DNA of 64,000 nucleotides from Pseudomonas aeruginosa PAO1 (GTDB lineage Bacteria; Pseudomonadota; Gammaproteobacteria; Pseudomonadales; Pseudomonadaceae): NCBI RefSeq assembly GCF_000006765.1, contig NC_002516.2; one strand, 5' to 3'. Shown piece by piece: positions 60,207 to 64,000 of this stretch (position 1 is its first letter; each line of letters starts with the position of its first letter). The notes under the pieces were generated by a model. It saw only the letters and a program-made list of their open reading frames with translations, ran no database searches and was not told where the DNA came from. The position numbers and the translations under genes were made by a program.

Positions 60207-61037
60207 ATGGAGCAGGAAGACGATAAGCAGTACTCCCGAGAAGCGGTGTTCGCTGGCAGGCGGGTATCCGTGGTGGGCTCGGACGCCCGCTCGCGGGGTC
60301 GGGTGCCGGGTTACGCATCGAGCAGTTTGTATCGTGAGTCCGGAATCATCAGTGCGCGGCAACTGGCGTTGCTGCAGCGGATGCTGCCGCGCCTGCGGCT
60401 GGAGCAACTGTTCCGCTGCGAGTGGTTGCAGCAGCGCCTGGCGCGCGGCCTGGCGCTGGGGCGCGAAGAGGTGCGGCAGATTCTCCTCTGCGCGGCGCAG
60501 GACGACGACGGCTGGTGCTCCGAACTGGGCGACCGGGTCAACCTCGCCGTGCCGCAGTCGATGATCGACTGGGTCCTGCTGCCGGTCTATGGCTGGTGGG
60601 AAAGCCTGCTCGACCAGGCGATCCCCGGCTGGCGCCTGTCGCTGGTGGAGCTGGAGACCCAGTCCCGGCAACTGCGAGTCAAGTCCGAATTCTGGTCCCG
60701 CGTGGCCGAGCTGGAGCCGGAGCAGGCCCGCGAGGAACTGGCCAGGGTCGCCAAGTGCCAGGCGCGCACCCAGGAACAGGTGGCCGAACTGGCCGGCAAG
60801 CTGGAGACGGCTTCGGCACTGGCGAAGAGCGCCTGGCCGAACTGGCAGCGGGGCATGGCGACGCTGCTCGCCAGCGGCGGGCTGGCCGGCTTCGAGCCGA
60901 TCCCCGAGGTCCTCGAATGCCTCTGGCAACCTCTCTGCCGGCTGGACGACGACGTCGGCGCGGCGGACGCCGTCCAGGCCTGGCTGCACGAACGCAACCT
61001 GTGCCAGGCACAGGATCACTTCTACTGGCAGAGCTGA
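60207..61037 (+). CDS. exsD: Anti-activator ExsD
   Basis: ATG 60207 (MEQEDDKQY), 276 aa. Confidence 0.95.
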   Translation: MEQEDDKQYSREAVFAGRRVSVVGSDARSRGRVPGYASSSLYRESGIISARQLALLQRMLPRLRLEQLFRCEWLQQRLARGLALGREEVRQILLCAAQDDDGWCSELGDRVNLAVPQSMIDWVLLPVYGWWESLLDQAIPGWRLSLVELETQSRQLRVKSEFWSRVAELEPEQAREELARVAKCQARTQEQVAELAGKLETASALAKSAWPNWQRGMATLLASGGLAGFEPIPEVLECLWQPLCRLDDDVGAADAVQAWLHERNLCQAQDHFYWQS

Positions 61038-61070
61038 GCGGCCGGCGAAAGCCGGCCCTACCGAGGAATC

Positions 61071-61493
61071 ATGGATCATCTGTTGAGCGGATTGGCCACT
61101 CGCCTGGGCCAAGGGCCCTTTGTTGCCGATCGGACGGGTTCGTACCACCTGCGCATCGACGGACAGAGCGTCCTGTTGCTGCGCCAGGGCGACGACCTGC
61201 TGCTGGAAAGCCCGCTGGAGCACGCCCCCCTGGACCCGCAGCGCGACCAGCAGGGGTTGCTGCGGGCGCTGTTGTCGCGGGTCGCCAGTTGGAGCCGGCG
61301 CTATCCCCAGGCCATCGTCCTGGACGCGGACGGGCGCCTGCTGTTGCAGGCGCGGCTGGGCCTCGACGGCCTCGATCCCGAGCGACTCGAACGGGCCCTG
61401 GCCGCCCAGGTGGGGCTGCTCGAGGCGCTGGCGCCGGAGCTGGAGCCGCTGCCCCGCGGGTTGCCGCCGCAGGCTCCGGTGTGGCGTCCCTGA
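61071..61493 (+). CDS. pscB: Chaperone PscB (YscB homolog)
   Basis: 140 aa; position and YscB-like sequence. Confidence 0.92.
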   Translation: MDHLLSGLATRLGQGPFVADRTGSYHLRIDGQSVLLLRQGDDLLLESPLEHAPLDPQRDQQGLLRALLSRVASWSRRYPQAIVLDADGRLLLQARLGLDGLDPERLERALAAQVGLLEALAPELEPLPRGLPPQAPVWRP

Positions 61494-63295
61494 TGCGCCG
61501 CCTGCTGATCGGCGGACTGCTGGCGCTGCTGCCTGGCGCGGTCTTGCGCGCGCAGCCGCTGGACTGGCCCAGCCTGCCTTACGACTATGTGGCGCAGGGC
61601 GAAAGCCTGCGCGACGTGCTGGCCAACTTCGGCGCCAACTACGATGCCTCGGTGATCGTCAGCGACAAGGTCAACGACCAGGTCAGCGGTCGCTTCGACC
61701 TGGAAAGCCCGCAGGCCTTCCTGCAGTTGATGGCCTCCCTCTACAACCTCGGCTGGTACTACGACGGCACCGTGCTGTACGTATTCAAGACCACCGAGAT
61801 GCAATCGCGGCTGGTGAGGCTGGAGCAGGTCGGCGAGGCCGAGCTGAAGCGCGCGCTGACCGCCGCCGGTATCTGGGAGGCGCGCTTCGGCTGGCGTGCC
61901 GACCCTTCCGGGCGACTGGTGCACGTGTCCGGTCCGGGGCGCTATCTCGAACTGGTCGAGCAGACCGCCCAGGTGCTGGAGCAGCAATACACCCTGCGCA
62001 GCGAAAAGACCGGCGACCTCAGCGTGGAGATCTTCCCGCTGCGCTATGCGGTCGCCGAGGACCGCAAGATCGAGTACCGCGACGACGAGATCGAGGCGCC
62101 GGGCATCGCCAGCATCCTCTCGCGGGTGCTCAGCGATGCCAACGTGGTTGCGGTGGGCGACGAGCCGGGCAAGCTGCGCCCGGGACCGCAATCGAGCCAT
62201 GCGGTGGTCCAGGCGGAACCGTCGCTGAATGCGGTGGTGGTGCGCGACCACAAGGACCGGTTGCCCATGTATCGCCGCCTGATCGAAGCCCTCGACCGGC
62301 CCTCGGCGCGGATCGAGGTCGGCTTGTCGATCATCGACATCAATGCCGAGAACCTCGCCCAGCTGGGCGTCGACTGGAGCGCCGGGATTCGCCTGGGCAA
62401 CAACAAGTCGATCCAGATCCGCACCACCGGCCAGGATAGCGAGGAGGGCGGCGGCGCCGGTAACGGGGCGGTCGGCAGCCTGGTGGACAGTCGCGGGCTG
62501 GATTTCCTGCTGGCCAAGGTCACCCTGTTGCAGAGCCAGGGGCAGGCGCAGATCGGATCCCGGCCGACCCTGCTGACCCAGGAGAATACCCAGGCGGTGC
62601 TCGACCAGAGCGAAACCTACTATGTGCGGGTCACGGGTGAGCGGGTGGCCGAGCTGAAGGCGATCACCTACGGCACCATGCTGAAAATGACGCCGCGAGT
62701 GGTGACTCTCGGCGATACGCCGGAGATCAGCCTCAGCCTGCACATCGAGGACGGCAGCCAGAAACCCAATAGCGCCGGCCTGGACAAGATCCCCACGATC
62801 AACCGCACGGTGATCGATACCATCGCCCGCGTGGGCCATGGCCAGAGCCTGCTGATCGGCGGCATCTACCGCGACGAACTGAGCCAGAGCCAGCGCAAGG
62901 TACCCTGGCTCGGCGACATTCCCTATCTCGGCGCGCTGTTCCGCACTACCGCGGACACCGTGCGCCGCTCGGTGCGGCTGTTCCTCATCGAGCCGCGGCT
63001 GATCGACGATGGCGTCGGCCATTACCTGGCGCTGAACAACCGTCGCGACCTGCGCGGCGGCCTGCTTGAAATCGACGAGTTGTCGAACCAGAGCCTGTCG
63101 TTGCGCAAGCTGCTCGGTAGCGCCCGCTGCCAGGCGCTGGCGCCGGCCAGGGCCGAACAGGAGCGCTTGCGCCAGGCCGGCCAGGGTTCGTTCCTCACGC
63201 CCTGCCGGATGGGTGCGCAGGAGGGCTGGCGGGTGACCGACGGCGCCTGTCCCAAAGACGGCGCCTGGTGCGTCGGCGCGGAGCGCGGGAATTAG
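61493..63295 (+). CDS. pscC: T3SS secretin PscC (SctC)
   Basis: ATG 61493, 600 aa with a signal peptide. [16 protein letters not shown] secretin motif. Confidence 0.97.
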   Translation: MRRLLIGGLLALLPGAVLRAQPLDWPSLPYDYVAQGESLRDVLANFGANYDASVIVSDKVNDQVSGRFDLESPQAFLQLMASLYNLGWYYDGTVLYVFKTTEMQSRLVRLEQVGEAELKRALTAAGIWEARFGWRADPSGRLVHVSGPGRYLELVEQTAQVLEQQYTLRSEKTGDLSVEIFPLRYAVAEDRKIEYRDDEIEAPGIASILSRVLSDANVVAVGDEPGKLRPGPQSSHAVVQAEPSLNAVVVRDHKDRLPMYRRLIEALDRPSARIEVGLSIIDINAENLAQLGVDWSAGIRLGNNKSIQIRTTGQDSEEGGGAGNGAVGSLVDSRGLDFLLAKVTLLQSQGQAQIGSRPTLLTQENTQAVLDQSETYYVRVTGERVAELKAITYGTMLKMTPRVVTLGDTPEISLSLHIEDGSQKPNSAGLDKIPTINRTVIDTIARVGHGQSLLIGGIYRDELSQSQRKVPWLGDIPYLGALFRTTADTVRRSVRLFLIEPRLIDDGVGHYLALNNRRDLRGGLLEIDELSNQSLSLRKLLGSARCQALAPARAEQERLRQAGQGSFLTPCRMGAQEGWRVTDGACPKDGAWCVGAERGN

Positions 63296-63296
63296 C

Positions 63297-64000
63297 ATGG
63301 CCTGGAAGATCCGCTTCTACAGCGGGCTGAACCAGGGCGCCGAAGTCTCGCTCGGAGAGGGCCGGGTGGCGCTTGGCAGCGATCCGTTGCAGGCCGACCT
63401 GGTGTTGCTCGACGAGGGCATCGCGGCAGTCCACCTGGTGCTCGAGGTCGATGCCCAGGGCGTGCGCCTGCTGGAGTGGGCGGAGGGCTGCGAGCCTCGC
63501 CAGGACGGCCAGGCGCAAGTCGCCGGAGCGATCCTGCAGGCGCTTGCCGGGCAGACCTGCGGCCCGCTGCGCTGGGCATTCTGCGACCCGCAGCGGAGTT
63601 TTCCCGAGCGTTTCCCCGAAGCCGAGGTGCAGACCGCGCCAGTGCGCCGCAAGTCGTCCGCCCGTGCCGGCGGGGCCTGGCTGCTCGGCGTCAGCCTGGC
63701 GCTGGCGCTGTGTCTGCTGGGCATGCTCGTCGAACCCTGGTCGGCCCGCCAGCACGGCATGGCCGGCGAGGAGCCCCTGGCGAAGGTGCGCGCCTACCTG
63801 CGCGAGCAGGGCATGAGCGAGGTGGATGTGCAGCGCCAGGGCGACAGTCTCCTGCTCGGCGGCTACCTGGAGGACAACGCCCGGCGCCTGGCGCTACAGC
63901 GCTACCTCGATGGCAGCGGCGTGGACTACCGACTGGAAGCACGGAGCATGGAAGACATTCGCCAGGGCGTGGATTTCATCCTGCAGAAATTCGGCTATCG
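63297..64000 (+). CDS. pscD: T3SS inner-membrane ring PscD (SctD), truncated by window edge
   Basis: MAWKIRFYSGLNQGAEVSL (FHA-like N-terminus) followed by a TM. Follows pscC. Confidence 0.92.
   Translation, partial: MAWKIRFYSGLNQGAEVSLGEGRVALGSDPLQADLVLLDEGIAAVHLVLEVDAQGVRLLEWAEGCEPRQDGQAQVAGAILQALAGQTCGPLRWAFCDPQRSFPERFPEAEVQTAPVRRKSSARAGGAWLLGVSLALALCLLGMLVEPWSARQHGMAGEEPLAKVRAYLREQGMSEVDVQRQGDSLLLGGYLEDNARRLALQRYLDGSGVDYRLEARSMEDIRQGVDFILQKFGY

Overview
GC-rich Pseudomonas aeruginosa chromosomal DNA. Gene order and protein lengths match, from memory, the PAO1 locus at about PA1651-PA1717. Left to right: a BenE-family transporter (cut by the window edge), a membrane protein, MarR, an aminotransferase and a GST; the H2 type VI secretion cluster (tssA2 to stk1, 5626-26315), which has no hcp or vgrG; a housekeeping block (VOC protein, hemerythrin mhr, folE2, Smr, prmB, aroC, MFS, mtnBDC, alkA, speE, a beta-propeller protein and an LtaS/OpgB-family transferase); and most of the Ysc-family type III secretion locus (pscU-N, popN-pcr1234DR, pcrGVH-popBD, exsCEBA, exsD-pscBC, with pscD cut by the edge). 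I found no tRNA, rRNA, IS element, phage or CRISPR array. The two secretion systems are well known, so the unexplained structure lies mostly between genes. (1) The 1.2-kb gap upstream of tssA2 holds a decayed Rhs-core fragment on the minus strand. A near-consensus sigma54 promoter points at it, backed by three copies of an 18-bp palindrome that look like enhancer sites. This reads as the footprint of a lost hcp-vgrG-rhs module. (2) A half-degenerate PAAR ORF sits between tssE2 and tssF2. (3) A 1-nt frameshift extends MtnC over a small PLDc_N gene. (4) A ColR-like box precedes a putative envelope-modification operon. (5) The T3SS shows several hidden translational features: a possible leaderless pcrG, an internal start in pscQ, exsA uORFs, and a Thr-Pro VNTR in the needle ruler. 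Family and motif assignments come from memory; no database search was run.
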